Source of the DNA: Vicinamibacterales bacterium
Lineage (GTDB): Bacteria; Acidobacteriota; Vicinamibacteria; Vicinamibacterales; UBA8438
Assembly (NCBI GenBank): GCA_965221305.1
Contig: OZ244881.1
Location: 3,542,091 to 3,606,090, forward strand
DNA: 64,000 nucleotides
Reading direction: 5' to 3'
Part shown: positions 26,961 to 37,300 of the stretch, piece after piece
Layout of the letters: each line of letters starts with the position of its first letter
How positions within the stretch are numbered: position 1 is the first letter of the stretch
Program-made: the position numbers and the translations under genes
The notes under the pieces: model-generated
What the model was told of the DNA's origin: nothing
The model's database searches: none
Seen by the model: the letters and a program-made list of their open reading frames with translations, nothing else

Positions 26961-29723
26961 TCAACCGCGAAGACCGAACTGCACATCGAGCAGATCGCGG
27001 TTGAGCTCGACGGTCTCGGACGATTCGTCGACCGACAGCACGGCGTGGCCGTCGACGTTCAGCACCCGGCGCAAGGCGGAGACGATGCCGCCGAGCCGGA
27101 ACAGTGGGACGCCGAGGCTCTCGGCCAGGGCGCGACCCGTGAGCTTGCCGCCGCGGGCGTCGAGCGCGGTCAGGATGACTCGGATGCGCTCGTCGGGTAG
27201 CGCCGTCCCCGCCGCCTGCCTGCGTTGCTCGGCGAACAGATCCGCTTCGAAGAGGCGGTCGATCCACGTTGCTGCCGTGCGCGACGGCTCGGGTTCCAGA
27301 TCCGCGAACAGGTTCCCCGTCTCCCCCCGGGGCGTCGGGCGGCGCGCCGGCGCCCGCGTTCGGGCTTCGTCCGCCCCGGCGCTCGCGGGGGCGGCCGTCC
27401 CATCCCGCGCCAGCGTTGCGGATGCGGGCGGCGCGTCTGCCCCGGCCCGCCGTCGCCACCAAGCTGGTTCGTCCGGCCCGGCTTCGCGCCAGCCGGCGAG
27501 CTGCGAGGTCGTCTCCGGCAGCGCGAAGATGCCGAGCGGCAGCACTACCTCCTGCGGCGAGGCGCCCCCGTGGTAGCCGTTCTTCTTCATGCCGAAGCGG
27601 ACGCGTTCGCTCCATGGCGCCAGCAGGCGACCGCCTTCGGCCACGACGCGCGGACCCTGCAGCAGCACTTCGTCGTCGGCGGGTTCCCCGCTGGCCGGGC
27701 GCCAACGCTCCGCGCTCTCGGCGATGTCGCGCAGCGCCGTTCCACGCTCCAGCACGTGGCCATGGTCACTCGCGAGCACCACGGCGCGGCCGCAGGAGCG
27801 ACAGGCTTCGAGCAACTCCTCCAAAGGGTGGATGTGCTGCACGGTCCAGGGGAAGCGCACTTGGTCCCCCTTCGCAAGGTGGTCATCGACCGCGTTGATC
27901 ACCACGCCCACGACGCGGCGGTCGGGGTCGGCGATGGCCTCGGCCACACGCGGGGAGACGCCGGCCACGCCGGTCTCGCGCAGGTCTCCCTTGTGGAAGA
28001 GCACCGGTGGTGCGCCGGCCGCGCAGGTCGAGCGCAGGCCGGCGTGTTTGGAGAAGCCGTCCTTCTCCTTCGACGCGTTTCCCGACGTGACCGCGCCGCA
28101 TAACAGGCTCGTCCGCGACACTTCCGTCACCGTGGGCAGGGCGGCGACGACCACGGGACGCTCCGGCGCGTCCTCCGCTACCAGCTCGATCCATCCACGC
28201 CACACCAGATCGTGTTCGAGCTCTCGGAAGACCGCCATGCTCATCGCGTCGACGACCAGGAACAGCACCGGCTGCACGCGGGCGAGGGGTGTGACGCACC
28301 GGTCGAGGACCGCCTCGACGCCGAGCAGGCTCCGCTCGTGCGGTCCCGAACCCGGCCAGTCGGCCAGTTGCCTGCCGAATTCCAGATTCTCTTCTTGGCG
28401 CGCTTCGTCAGCCCGCTCCGCCAGGGTCGCGTAGGCCTCGGCGACGACCGGTGATGGGTCGCCGTCCCAGAGCCGCGCGCGAGCCAAGTCGACGAAGCCA
28501 CCCTCGCACCGATAGGCGCGCACGGCGTTGCCGAAAGACCGCCGGTTTTCGCGGCCGCCGCTCCTCACCGCGAGCCAGCCGGACAGTCGCAGGGCCATCC
28601 GGACGCCGTCGGCGCGACGCCGTTCGCCTGCGGCGAGCGCGTGGTCGAGCACGCGACCGGCGGCGTCGCGCAGCTCGCCCGGGAGCTCGCGCGCATCGCC
28701 TGCGACGAACGCGGTCAGCTCTCTCGCGAAACCGGCGAGGCGCTGATCGAGGCCCATCCGCAGAATCTTGCTGCGGCCGGCGAGACTCTCGGCGCCGAGC
28801 TTGCGGAGCAGGTCGTCCGCATCGGTGAGCACCGCCTCGATCTCGTCGCGCGGTACCCCCGCCGCGGATCGAGACAGCCTGCGCCGGACCACCTGTTCCG
28901 CAGCGTCGGTCCACGCGCGGGCGAGGGCTTCGTCGAGGTCGTCGAGTTCGAGCAGCGCCTCGAGCTTGCCAAGAGATCTGGCCGCCCGGTCATCGCCCCC
29001 GCCGCCCTCGTCGAACAGGACCCGCGCGACGAGGCCGACGGAGACGGCCCGGCGCCCGTGCCGGCCGGCGCACGCCAGAATCGCCCGCGCCGCGGGTCCC
29101 GCGCTGTGCCCAGCGGCGATCACCAAACCGTCGCGCACGGCTTCAGACCGGGTGGCCAGACGCTGCACCGGGTCGTCGTCCAGCGCCCACGCGAGCAGCG
29201 TCTCGGGGTCGCGCTCGCCACGCGGAATACCCGTGAGGCCCTCGAACAGCCGGCGCCAAGCCGTCTCGGCATCCAGAAAACCGCTCGGCGCCGGGGGGTA
29301 ACCGGCCTCCGGCTCCGCGTCGAGGAGCGCCCGCGCCGCCCACTCGTGACGTTCGACAAGGCGCGGGTCGACGAAATGGGCCTTGAACCGTTCCTTCACA
29401 AGCTGCCACGCGTCGATCGAGAACAGCCTGCGGTGGGCGAGCCGCGCGGACAGATCCGCGCCGAGCTGGGGATCCGTCAGATCGGTCAACACCACGATCG
29501 GCGGCCCAGCGGCGGGCAGGTCGACGAGGCGTTCGCGCAACGCCAGCACCGAGCGGCTGCGGACGACCGGGAGTTCCTCGTCGCCGATGCGGAGCGCGGC
29601 CGGCGCCGGGGCGGCCTCATCGAGGACCGGCACGGAGATTCCGATGACCCGTGCGTCCGGGTACCGTTCGCGGATCGACTTTACCTGGGCGTGTATCTGC
29701 GCCGACGATGGGACGACGGTCAT
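26961..29723 (-). CDS. pglZ: BREX/Pgl alkaline-phosphatase-superfamily protein PglZ
   Basis: ATG at 29723 overlaps the pglY stop (ATGA). PglZ-type motifs are present: LFLVVDAMS, LPTVTEVSRTSLLCG, VINAVDDHL and VLASDHGHV. It is the last gene of the pglWXYZ order. Confidence 0.9.
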   Translation of the reverse strand: MTVVPSSAQIHAQVKSIRERYPDARVIGISVPVLDEAAPAPAALRIGDEELPVVRSRSVLALRERLVDLPAAGPPIVVLTDLTDPQLGADLSARLAHRRLFSIDAWQLVKERFKAHFVDPRLVERHEWAARALLDAEPEAGYPPAPSGFLDAETAWRRLFEGLTGIPRGERDPETLLAWALDDDPVQRLATRSEAVRDGLVIAAGHSAGPAARAILACAGRHGRRAVSVGLVARVLFDEGGGGDDRAARSLGKLEALLELDDLDEALARAWTDAAEQVVRRRLSRSAAGVPRDEIEAVLTDADDLLRKLGAESLAGRSKILRMGLDQRLAGFARELTAFVAGDARELPGELRDAAGRVLDHALAAGERRRADGVRMALRLSGWLAVRSGGRENRRSFGNAVRAYRCEGGFVDLARARLWDGDPSPVVAEAYATLAERADEARQEENLEFGRQLADWPGSGPHERSLLGVEAVLDRCVTPLARVQPVLFLVVDAMSMAVFRELEHDLVWRGWIELVAEDAPERPVVVAALPTVTEVSRTSLLCGAVTSGNASKEKDGFSKHAGLRSTCAAGAPPVLFHKGDLRETGVAGVSPRVAEAIADPDRRVVGVVINAVDDHLAKGDQVRFPWTVQHIHPLEELLEACRSCGRAVVLASDHGHVLERGTALRDIAESAERWRPASGEPADDEVLLQGPRVVAEGGRLLAPWSERVRFGMKKNGYHGGASPQEVVLPLGIFALPETTSQLAGWREAGPDEPAWWRRRAGADAPPASATLARDGTAAPASAGADEARTRAPARRPTPRGETGNLFADLEPEPSRTAATWIDRLFEADLFAEQRRQAAGTALPDERIRVILTALDARGGKLTGRALAESLGVPLFRLGGIVSALRRVLNVDGHAVLSVDESSETVELNRDLLDVQFGLRG

Positions 29724-32700
29724 GGGCCGTCCTTCGCGTCGCGCAGCAGCTTCCAGGTGATCTCCATTCGCGCGCCCGGCTGCTTGCGCAGCAGGTCCTC
29801 CAGCTCCGCTGCGAGTTCGCTCAGCTGTCGGCAATCCAGGTCGCGGCGCGACCCCTCGGGCGGGATGGCGTCGCCGCCCAGGTCGGTTACCTCGCGTACA
29901 GTGGCCCCACCACTGCCGGTTCCTTGGCCGGCCGTCGGCCGATGCGGCGCTGGGGGCGCCGGCGAGCGCGCCAGCAGTTTGGCGGCCCGGCCGACAAGAT
30001 CGGACAGTCGGGGGGCCAGCGCCACGGCGTACTCGTCGGCGGCCAGCGCCGCCGCCAACTCGCGGCGAACGCGCTGCGCGTCGTCAGCGCGATCGTCCTT
30101 CAATTCGGCGAGCGGGGCGAAGATCTGCCAATGCGTGCGCTCCAGCACGTCCGCGAGCTCTCCCGCCTTGGCGATGCTCGTCCGCATCGCCTCCAGCGAG
30201 GTCACCGGCTCCAACGCTGCGAGCTTCTCGACCCGCACCCGGCCGTGGAGACCCGCGAGAGACTGCACGAGGGCGCCGCTCGCGCGGGCGGTGCGGAGTC
30301 GGTTGGCGGTCTTCGCGTCGATGGAGACGTCCGCTCCAACGGCAGCGAGTCGTTCGATCAGTGCGTCGCAGGCAGCGCTTTGCTTCGTCGCCGTCTCGCC
30401 GAGCTGTTCCGCGAGGTCGCTCACGTTGCTCGCGTTGCGCAACGGCGACCCCGTCAGCCCGAACAGCCGCTTGGCCCGCTCGACGGCGGCGGTCCACTCG
30501 TCCGCGGACGGCAGCGCCTCTTCGCGCAGCTCGACGTCATCCGGCAGGTCGTCGAGCTTCGCCGGCCACGAAGCCCCGTGCCGCCGGAACGCGAGGTTGG
30601 CCTGATCCGCGTAGACGAGGATGACGAGGTTCGCGGCGGCGTTCGGGAGCCCCATGCGCTGCGGCTCGTCCACGGCCTCGCGGAGCCTGCCGACGGTCAG
30701 TGGCTTTTCCAGCCGCTCGAAGTGGCTGAACCAGTGCCGGCCGACCACGAAGTGGGTCTCGCCCATCTCGCCGAGCCGCAGCGGGGCGGCGATCTGCATC
30801 ATCGCCGGGCGGAGCGGCTTGTCGATGGCGACGCGTCCCTCCGGTTCCTGCACGGCGCGCGACACCTGCTCGTGCACGCGGCGCAGCGCCGCCGCTCCTA
30901 TCGGGGCACCGAAGTCGGGGTGCGCCGGGAACTGGCTCGCACACATCTGCTCGAACAGGTTCGCGAGCGCCTCCCGCAGATTCGCTCGTGCCGGGGGGCG
31001 GGGCTCGAATCTCGGATCGAGGGACTGGAAGTGCTCTGCCGGCGGGAGCGACTCGTCGACCGACCCGGGTACGGGACTCTCCACGCCGTAGGCGCCCTCC
31101 AGGTGCTGGACCAGCCGCTGCCGGAGCTGGCTCTGCTGGTTCCGCATGAGCTCACGGGCGGACGTCTGCTCGGCCGGCGAGAGATGCGCCGCGAATTCGC
31201 GCAACCGCTCGCCGGCCAGGACATAGTCGATACGCACCAGCGTCCCGAGATCCTTCTGCGCAGACGTGCTCAGGAAGGACGGCAACCAGACCAGCGTCCG
31301 CGCCCCGGCATCACGCCCACGAAACTCCTTGAGGCGTGCGAGGTCATCGGCCGGCGTATGCCCCGGATCGTCGAAGGGGAAGTCGATGACTACCTTGCGT
31401 TCGTCCCCCCGCGTCGTCAACGACTCGTCGGGCAACTCCCGTACGTTGGCGAAGATCACCTCGAAGCGGCGCCGCGTGCCCCGCCACGTCGTCTCGTGGT
31501 AGAGAACGAGTTCGTCGCGATCCTCGATGCCGAGCGCGTCGAACAGGACCCTCCGGATCAGGCGGCGCCGGTTGCCGGCGTTGTCGTGCCGGCTGGCGTC
31601 GGCGAGGATGCTCTCGGTGTCTACGGCCGAGAGCTGAATGGCGATGATCGGATCGGCCGGGTCGTCACCAATCCGGACCTCCCCGATCTCGGCTGCCCAG
31701 GCGCGACAGCGCCGCAGCACTTCCTGCCCCTCGCGCCCCTCGATCGGCGTACGTATGGACCCGTGATTGAGCGCCGCGAGCCGCGCCGCGTTCAGATTCT
31801 TGAGCGCGTCGACCTCGGGGGTCAGGGCCGACAGCAGCAGCGTCTTGGCTAACCGATCGTCCGCACGGAGGGCGCGGGCCGCCCCGTCGTCCTTCGGTCG
31901 CGCCGCCGCCGCCGTCTTCGAGATCCCGCGCTCGTTCTCGATGAGCGGGAGGAGTTTCCGGCGGTAGAGGTTCCGCGCGTTCTCGAAGTGGTGGCGTGCA
32001 CTCTCGGTGAACGGCTCGTCGCCCTCGGCCAGCGCGTCGAAGAGGTCGCCGACCGGTACGATTTCGCCCAGCTCGAGCGTCTCGCGCCCGTCGACGAGGA
32101 TCTGGAGCATCACCCTCAGCGCCGTCCGTTCGCGTTGGAGGAGTGAGGAGACCGCGACCAGGGTCTCGACCAGGGCCGGACTGAAGGGGTAGACCTTGCG
32201 GAACGCGGCGGTGTCGGCGCGCGGGGTGAGCAGTGTCTCGAAGACCTCCCGGCGCACTCTCTCGGTCTGCGCGTAGGCGTCGTCGATCTCCCGTCGCGCC
32301 GCCTCGTTCCGCGGCCGCAGCAGGCGGCGCGCCGCTATGTCGGGCAGGTTCCGGTCCTCCAGCGTGATGCGCTCGAAGCGGGCCTCCCACCACTGCAGCA
32401 CGTCCGCGAAGCCGAGCTGCAGCGCGCCCGTCACCTGTTCACCCACGAGTTCGCGCAGGTCGCGCTGGCGCGCGACGAAGCTGACGATCGGGATCGCTCG
32501 CCCGGCCGTCTCCGCCTCGACGAGCTTCGAGACCTTCGGGCCCTCCTTGTTGAGGAACTGGAGATCGGCGGCGTGAGTGGCGAGCCAGAGGATCAGCTCG
32601 TCGAGAAAGAGCACCAGGGCGTCGTAACCCAGGTCGTGCGCGTGCCGGGCCACCACCGCCAGGCCGTCGTCCAGCGGGACGAATGCCTCTTCGCTTCCTC

Positions 32701-33409
32701 GCATCACGTCGCGGTAGCTGCTGAAGAACGAGCCGAGCAGCGCCGCGACCAGCCGGATCCGCTCTTCAGCTACGGCGGGGGCGTCGAGCGCGGCCTCGAA
32801 GCTCGCGGCGTCCCACTGCGTTGACAGATTGCCCCAGCCGGCGGCGGCTCCTGCTGCGCTCGCGGCAGTCTCGTTCAGGCGGGCGAAGAACGTCTCGTCG
32901 CCGACTTCCTTCCGCAGCCTCCGGGCGTCCTCGAACAGCCCGGCGCTGCGGTACACTCCCGGTGCGGGTGCGTCGGGATGCAGCTCGGCGACGCGCGCCG
33001 CGTAGCCCCCGAGCACCGCCGCTTCCAGGCTCGGTTTCCCGATCATGTGATAGGGAACCAGCAGGAAGCGCCGATCGGCGAGCCAGTCGTCGTGCCGCGT
33101 GACGACGCCTTCCAGGCCTGCGGTGGCGCGGGCCTCCGCCTCCTGCTGCAGCAGGAGGTGGAGTACCGCCATGAAGTGGCTCTTGCCGCTGCCGAAGCTC
33201 CCGTGCAGGTAGGCCGCCTTGCTCGATCCGCTCTCCACCGCGGTCTTGATCAGACCGAGGGCGCGGTCGAAAGCGCCGGCGAGCTGCGGCGTCACGACGT
33301 AGGTCCGCAGCGTCTCTGCGGGCTTCGCCACGCCCTCGGCAAGCCGCAGGACGAAGTCGTCGCGGTGCACCCGCTCGGGGATGTCGATCAGGTCGCGGAG
33401 CGGCGTCAT
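29720..33409 (-). CDS. pglY: BREX/Pgl P-loop ATPase PglY
   Basis: ATG at 33409 overlaps the stop of the NTase-HEPN ORF (ATGA). Walker A is GSFGSGKSHF and Walker B-like is LVLFLDELILW. About 1229 aa. The upstream 131 codons of the track ORF are R/G-rich and overlap the HEPN gene. Confidence 0.85.
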   Translation of the reverse strand: MTPLRDLIDIPERVHRDDFVLRLAEGVAKPAETLRTYVVTPQLAGAFDRALGLIKTAVESGSSKAAYLHGSFGSGKSHFMAVLHLLLQQEAEARATAGLEGVVTRHDDWLADRRFLLVPYHMIGKPSLEAAVLGGYAARVAELHPDAPAPGVYRSAGLFEDARRLRKEVGDETFFARLNETAASAAGAAAGWGNLSTQWDAASFEAALDAPAVAEERIRLVAALLGSFFSSYRDVMRGSEEAFVPLDDGLAVVARHAHDLGYDALVLFLDELILWLATHAADLQFLNKEGPKVSKLVEAETAGRAIPIVSFVARQRDLRELVGEQVTGALQLGFADVLQWWEARFERITLEDRNLPDIAARRLLRPRNEAARREIDDAYAQTERVRREVFETLLTPRADTAAFRKVYPFSPALVETLVAVSSLLQRERTALRVMLQILVDGRETLELGEIVPVGDLFDALAEGDEPFTESARHHFENARNLYRRKLLPLIENERGISKTAAAARPKDDGAARALRADDRLAKTLLLSALTPEVDALKNLNAARLAALNHGSIRTPIEGREGQEVLRRCRAWAAEIGEVRIGDDPADPIIAIQLSAVDTESILADASRHDNAGNRRRLIRRVLFDALGIEDRDELVLYHETTWRGTRRRFEVIFANVRELPDESLTTRGDERKVVIDFPFDDPGHTPADDLARLKEFRGRDAGARTLVWLPSFLSTSAQKDLGTLVRIDYVLAGERLREFAAHLSPAEQTSARELMRNQQSQLRQRLVQHLEGAYGVESPVPGSVDESLPPAEHFQSLDPRFEPRPPARANLREALANLFEQMCASQFPAHPDFGAPIGAAALRRVHEQVSRAVQEPEGRVAIDKPLRPAMMQIAAPLRLGEMGETHFVVGRHWFSHFERLEKPLTVGRLREAVDEPQRMGLPNAAANLVILVYADQANLAFRRHGASWPAKLDDLPDDVELREEALPSADEWTAAVERAKRLFGLTGSPLRNASNVSDLAEQLGETATKQSAACDALIERLAAVGADVSIDAKTANRLRTARASGALVQSLAGLHGRVRVEKLAALEPVTSLEAMRTSIAKAGELADVLERTHWQIFAPLAELKDDRADDAQRVRRELAAALAADEYAVALAPRLSDLVGRAAKLLARSPAPPAPHRPTAGQGTGSGGATVREVTDLGGDAIPPEGSRRDLDCRQLSELAAELEDLLRKQPGARMEITWKLLRDAKDGP

Positions 33410-34293
33410 GTGGGGTCCGGCGCTGCGGCCGGCAGGAGCGACGCGACACGCCCGACCGCCCAACCGACGACGGTTGCTGCATTCGCCATGGCCTGCTCGT
33501 ATTCCGCCATCGTTGTCGGTTCCTGCTCGTCGCTGACATCCGGGTACCGTCCACCGTCGCCATAGAGCGTCAGCGCCGCCCCCTGCCGCACGTCGTCGGG
33601 AATCACCTCGCCGACCTGTTCCGCCCGGTCGAGCAGACGACCGATGTCGTGCACATATGGAAACGGTTCGCCGTGCGCGATGATGACGGCCTTGACGGCC
33701 TTTTCGGCTCCGTAGTGGGCCTCCGAGCACAACAACCGGAGGTTCAGTCCTGGTTCGTGCCTTGCGGCGATCTTCAGGTGATCTTGCGCTTCCGTAATCC
33801 ACAGTCGAGCGGCATCCGCTTCGAGCGCGCGGCGCGGGTTCATGGCAGCGCTACTCCCCTGGAGAGGAACCGGCGCCGCCGAACCGTCAGGCTCGATCCG
33901 TTTCGGTGGTGAGGGCGGCCCGGGCGAGCTTCCCCGGCCCCGGAGCGCCGATTGACCTGCCTGTTTCGATGGCTCTTCATGGATCGTCCTGCCCTCCCGC
34001 AGCGCCGGCGCGATGACCAGCCAGTGCGAATCGCGGTGCCTGACGAGATCCTCGGGCCAGACCACCACCACATCGACAGCGGGTCGCGGCCGGGGCAGAC
34101 CGAGGTAGATGCGGGCCGCCGTCTTCCTCCGATGACACTTGTCCTTGACGACAAGCAGGTCGACGTCACTCGACGACGTCATCTCCCCCCGGGCGGCGGA
34201 ACCGAACAGGATGATCTTCTCCGGCGCCACCGCGTCAACGATGCTCTCGACGATGCGTTCAAGGACGCCGTTCGGCAGTGCTCGATCCATCAT
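33406..34293 (-). CDS. Fused nucleotidyltransferase (MNT-like) - HEPN domain protein
   Basis: A single 295-aa ORF. The N-terminal part carries the NTase signature GSAARGEMTSSSDVDLLVV. A P/S/G-rich linker follows. The C-terminal part is HEPN-like: AEKAVKAVIIAHGEPFPYVHDIGRLLD ... LYGDGGRYP. An internal ATG at ~33843 could also express HEPN alone. Confidence 0.8.
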   Translation of the reverse strand: MMDRALPNGVLERIVESIVDAVAPEKIILFGSAARGEMTSSSDVDLLVVKDKCHRRKTAARIYLGLPRPRPAVDVVVVWPEDLVRHRDSHWLVIAPALREGRTIHEEPSKQAGQSALRGRGSSPGPPSPPKRIEPDGSAAPVPLQGSSAAMNPRRALEADAARLWITEAQDHLKIAARHEPGLNLRLLCSEAHYGAEKAVKAVIIAHGEPFPYVHDIGRLLDRAEQVGEVIPDDVRQGAALTLYGDGGRYPDVSDEQEPTTMAEYEQAMANAATVVGWAVGRVASLLPAAAPDPT

Positions 34294-34350
34294 CGCGATT
34301 ATGCCGCCTTGGCAGGCGCGTCGACAATCCCCGCCGAAACGCCGGCCGGA

Positions 34351-37300
34351 TCACGTGGCCCTTCCGCGGCGGCCGCGCTTTGCCGCACCGCCCGGCGGCG
34401 CCCAGCCCCGGAGCGACTCACGGGTCAGCGAGAGCGACCGCGCCTCGTCGTCGATGAACGCCTCGAAGTAGTCGCCCATCCCCACGTCGAACTCGGGGTC
34501 GGGCGCATTGTGGTACTGCCGTACCCACGGCAGCAGCTCCAGCAAGGCCGCCAGGAGGGGCGCCAGCCGCTCGGCCGTCCAGCCCTCCTGCTCCCGCATC
34601 CGGTTATAGTACCCGGCAACGGCCCGGCTTTGCGCCAGCGCGTCCCAGCCCGCCCAGGCGACGACCAGGGAAGGGTCGGCGTCGCGCTCGCAGCCCGGCA
34701 GACTCACGAAGCGCTCCTTCGGCACGTCGAGCTTGCCCCGCAGGCGCCACCAGTGGCTCTTGCGGAAGTCGGCCGACGCATAGCGCGGCGGGCCGGGGAC
34801 CGGGCCCACCTCCTCCGCCTTGAGTGCCACCGCTGCTTCCGCGGTCAGGCGCTCAGGGTCCCCCGCGGGCAGGGTGACCCGTGCGTCGATGGCGTCCTCC
34901 CTCCGCTGCAACGCCCAGGTGCGCTCCCAGGCGGCGCGCTTGCGGAGCCCGGACGGCCTGTAGCGCAACACCGGGAGCAGCGGGACGCTCTCGTCGTCGA
35001 TCAGTCGGGCGACCAGCTTCGCAACATCGAAGTCGGCGCGCCCGGCATACAGCGCCGCCACCTGCTGGAACTCGGCGTCGTCCCGCACGCGGTCGGCCAG
35101 CGCCGCGGTGGTCGTGAGGCGCCGCTCCGACCAGAGCGCGGGCGCTTCGAGTCGGTCGAGCAACCAACCCCGCAGCGCCCGTTCCTGCTGCGCCTCCCAC
35201 GGCTCGTCGTTCCAGCGGCGCTTGTACTCGGGCCGCTCGATCAGGGCGACGTTGGCGTTTCGCTCGATGGTCTCGATGCGCCGCCGGACGAGTGCGCGGT
35301 AGGCGGCCGGCCAGTGCGCCGGGATCTCGGTGATCGGCGTCGAGCCGTGGCGTTCGAACCACTTCGTCTCGATCTCGCCGGCCGCCATCTTTCGCGCGAG
35401 GACGATCTCGAAGGCACGCTCGCCGAGGCGGACAGCGGGCACGTCGGTGCTCTTCGCGGAAGGCACGCAGAGCGCGCTATCGGTCACGCCGTAGAGCCCG
35501 TAGCAGCGCCAGTCGAGTTCTTCCTGGAGGGCGATCATCTGTTCGCGAAGCTCACCGCATCGAGCGCGCGCCGTGTCCAGGTCAGCGGCTGAAGGCGTAC
35601 TACGTTCGGCAATTGAGGCTGGAAGGGACTGAGCCCTGTCGGCTGCGGCGGAGTCAAGTATTCGTGCGAATTCGAGTGGCGTGTCGCTGGGTATCGGACA
35701 ACGGTGGAGTTTCGTGCCATCGAACTCGTAGAACTGTTCCCATTCCTCGGTCGCCAAGCCGCCACCAATCCCCCCGCCACCCTTGTTGTGAAGGGCCTGT
35801 TTCATCCAGAAACAAGCCGTCGAACTATTGAGTAAGCCCAGCAGTTCCAGATGGTCGTCCTCGGTGGCGTCTGCGGGAAGCTTGATCACCGGTGCTGTTC
35901 GCTTGAAGACCTTGCCTCCGCGGTCGAGCACGAAGTGATTGTGCGTTGTAACGAAGGCAAAAGTAATGGAGAGCGGATTTCGAAATCGTTCACGAAAGAA
36001 CATAGAGTACTCATACCATGTCAGTCCGCGTTCGATCTGCGATTGTCCATAAGCAATACGTTGAACAAGTCGAGATCGCCAGGGCCACAGAGACTTTAGT
36101 ACCGCTGGGTCCGCGATTGTCTCCAGGGTTTGGGAATCGTATGGCCAAATCGCACCCACCGATTCACAGATGGTCCAGTCACGAACATCCTCGCCCGCCG
36201 TGAGCGGACGAATCTGATCCGCTCCGATGCTCCGACGCTTGGCAACTCGCGTTCCGAGGCGGAATGCTTCATCCTCGCGCGTAACCGCTCCGAAGCCTAT
36301 CTCCGTGGCCATATCGCCGAGCGTCTTTGGTGCCCACTGTGCAAGGTGCTCCTTCAGTTCTGCAGCTCCCCCCCCGCCGACGCTCCAGGGATGCGTGTGG
36401 AACCGTTCTCTCTGCACATCCGACGCGCTCACGAACTTGCTCTGTGATCCAGGATAGTCGACCTGTTCGATGATCGCCGACCAGACAAGTCCACGCGCTG
36501 GATTCTCCGGTGTCGTCGGCTCACCATGGATGCCCATCACTGTGCGCACGTTCCTGTCGACTGGCCGGCGGTGTCGTCCGAAGAGGATCACCGTGGGTGT
36601 CCCGTGGCCGGGGATGTAGGCGCCGGAGGTGTCCACGACGTGGGTCAGGTCCCAGCGCGGGACAAACGTTTCGATTAGACATTTGCCGAACTCTCTCTTC
36701 ATGAACGAGTTGGCGGTGATCATCCCAACGAACCCGGCCGGCTCCGTGGAGCCGGCCGGGGAGACGTGGGCGAGGTCGAAGAGACGCTCGGTGAACGGCA
36801 CCGCCAGCGAGTACTGCCGGTAGCAGGACTTGAAACGCCTGCGGTACTCGTCGTTCACTGCCTTGTCCTTGGCGGTGATGTATGGCGGGTTGCCGACCAC
36901 CGCGTGGTAGCGGCGGCCGAGGATGACCCGCAGTGCGGAGGCGTCCTCCGTGCGGTAGACGTGACCCAGCGGGTCGCGTTCGGGATCGAGGTACTCCTGC
37001 CGCGCACCGGCTGTCCCGGCACGCGGGCCGTGGAGCAGGGCGTCGCCGGTCGCCACGTGAATCTCGAACGCGGGTGCGTCGGCGAGGCGCTGCACGCCGG
37101 CCGCATGGAGGGCCGCGACGCACAGGCGGAAGCGGGCTATCGCGGTCGCGAACGGGTTCAGGTCGACGCCGGCCACTTGCCGGAGAACACGGCTCGCCCG
37201 GTTGCGAGCGTTCGTGCCGGGCTCGTGCCGCGCCCAGAGCGCGTCCAGTCTTCGGAAGGCGCCGAGCAGGAAGTGTCCGGAGCCGCAGGCGGGGTCGATC

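Noticed and set aside
33410-33802. The upstream extension of the pglY ORF (131 extra codons).
   Set aside because: It overlaps the HEPN-coding region in another frame and is R/G-rich. The ATG at 33409 gives a clean ATGA junction and a sensible N-terminus 60 aa before the Walker A motif.
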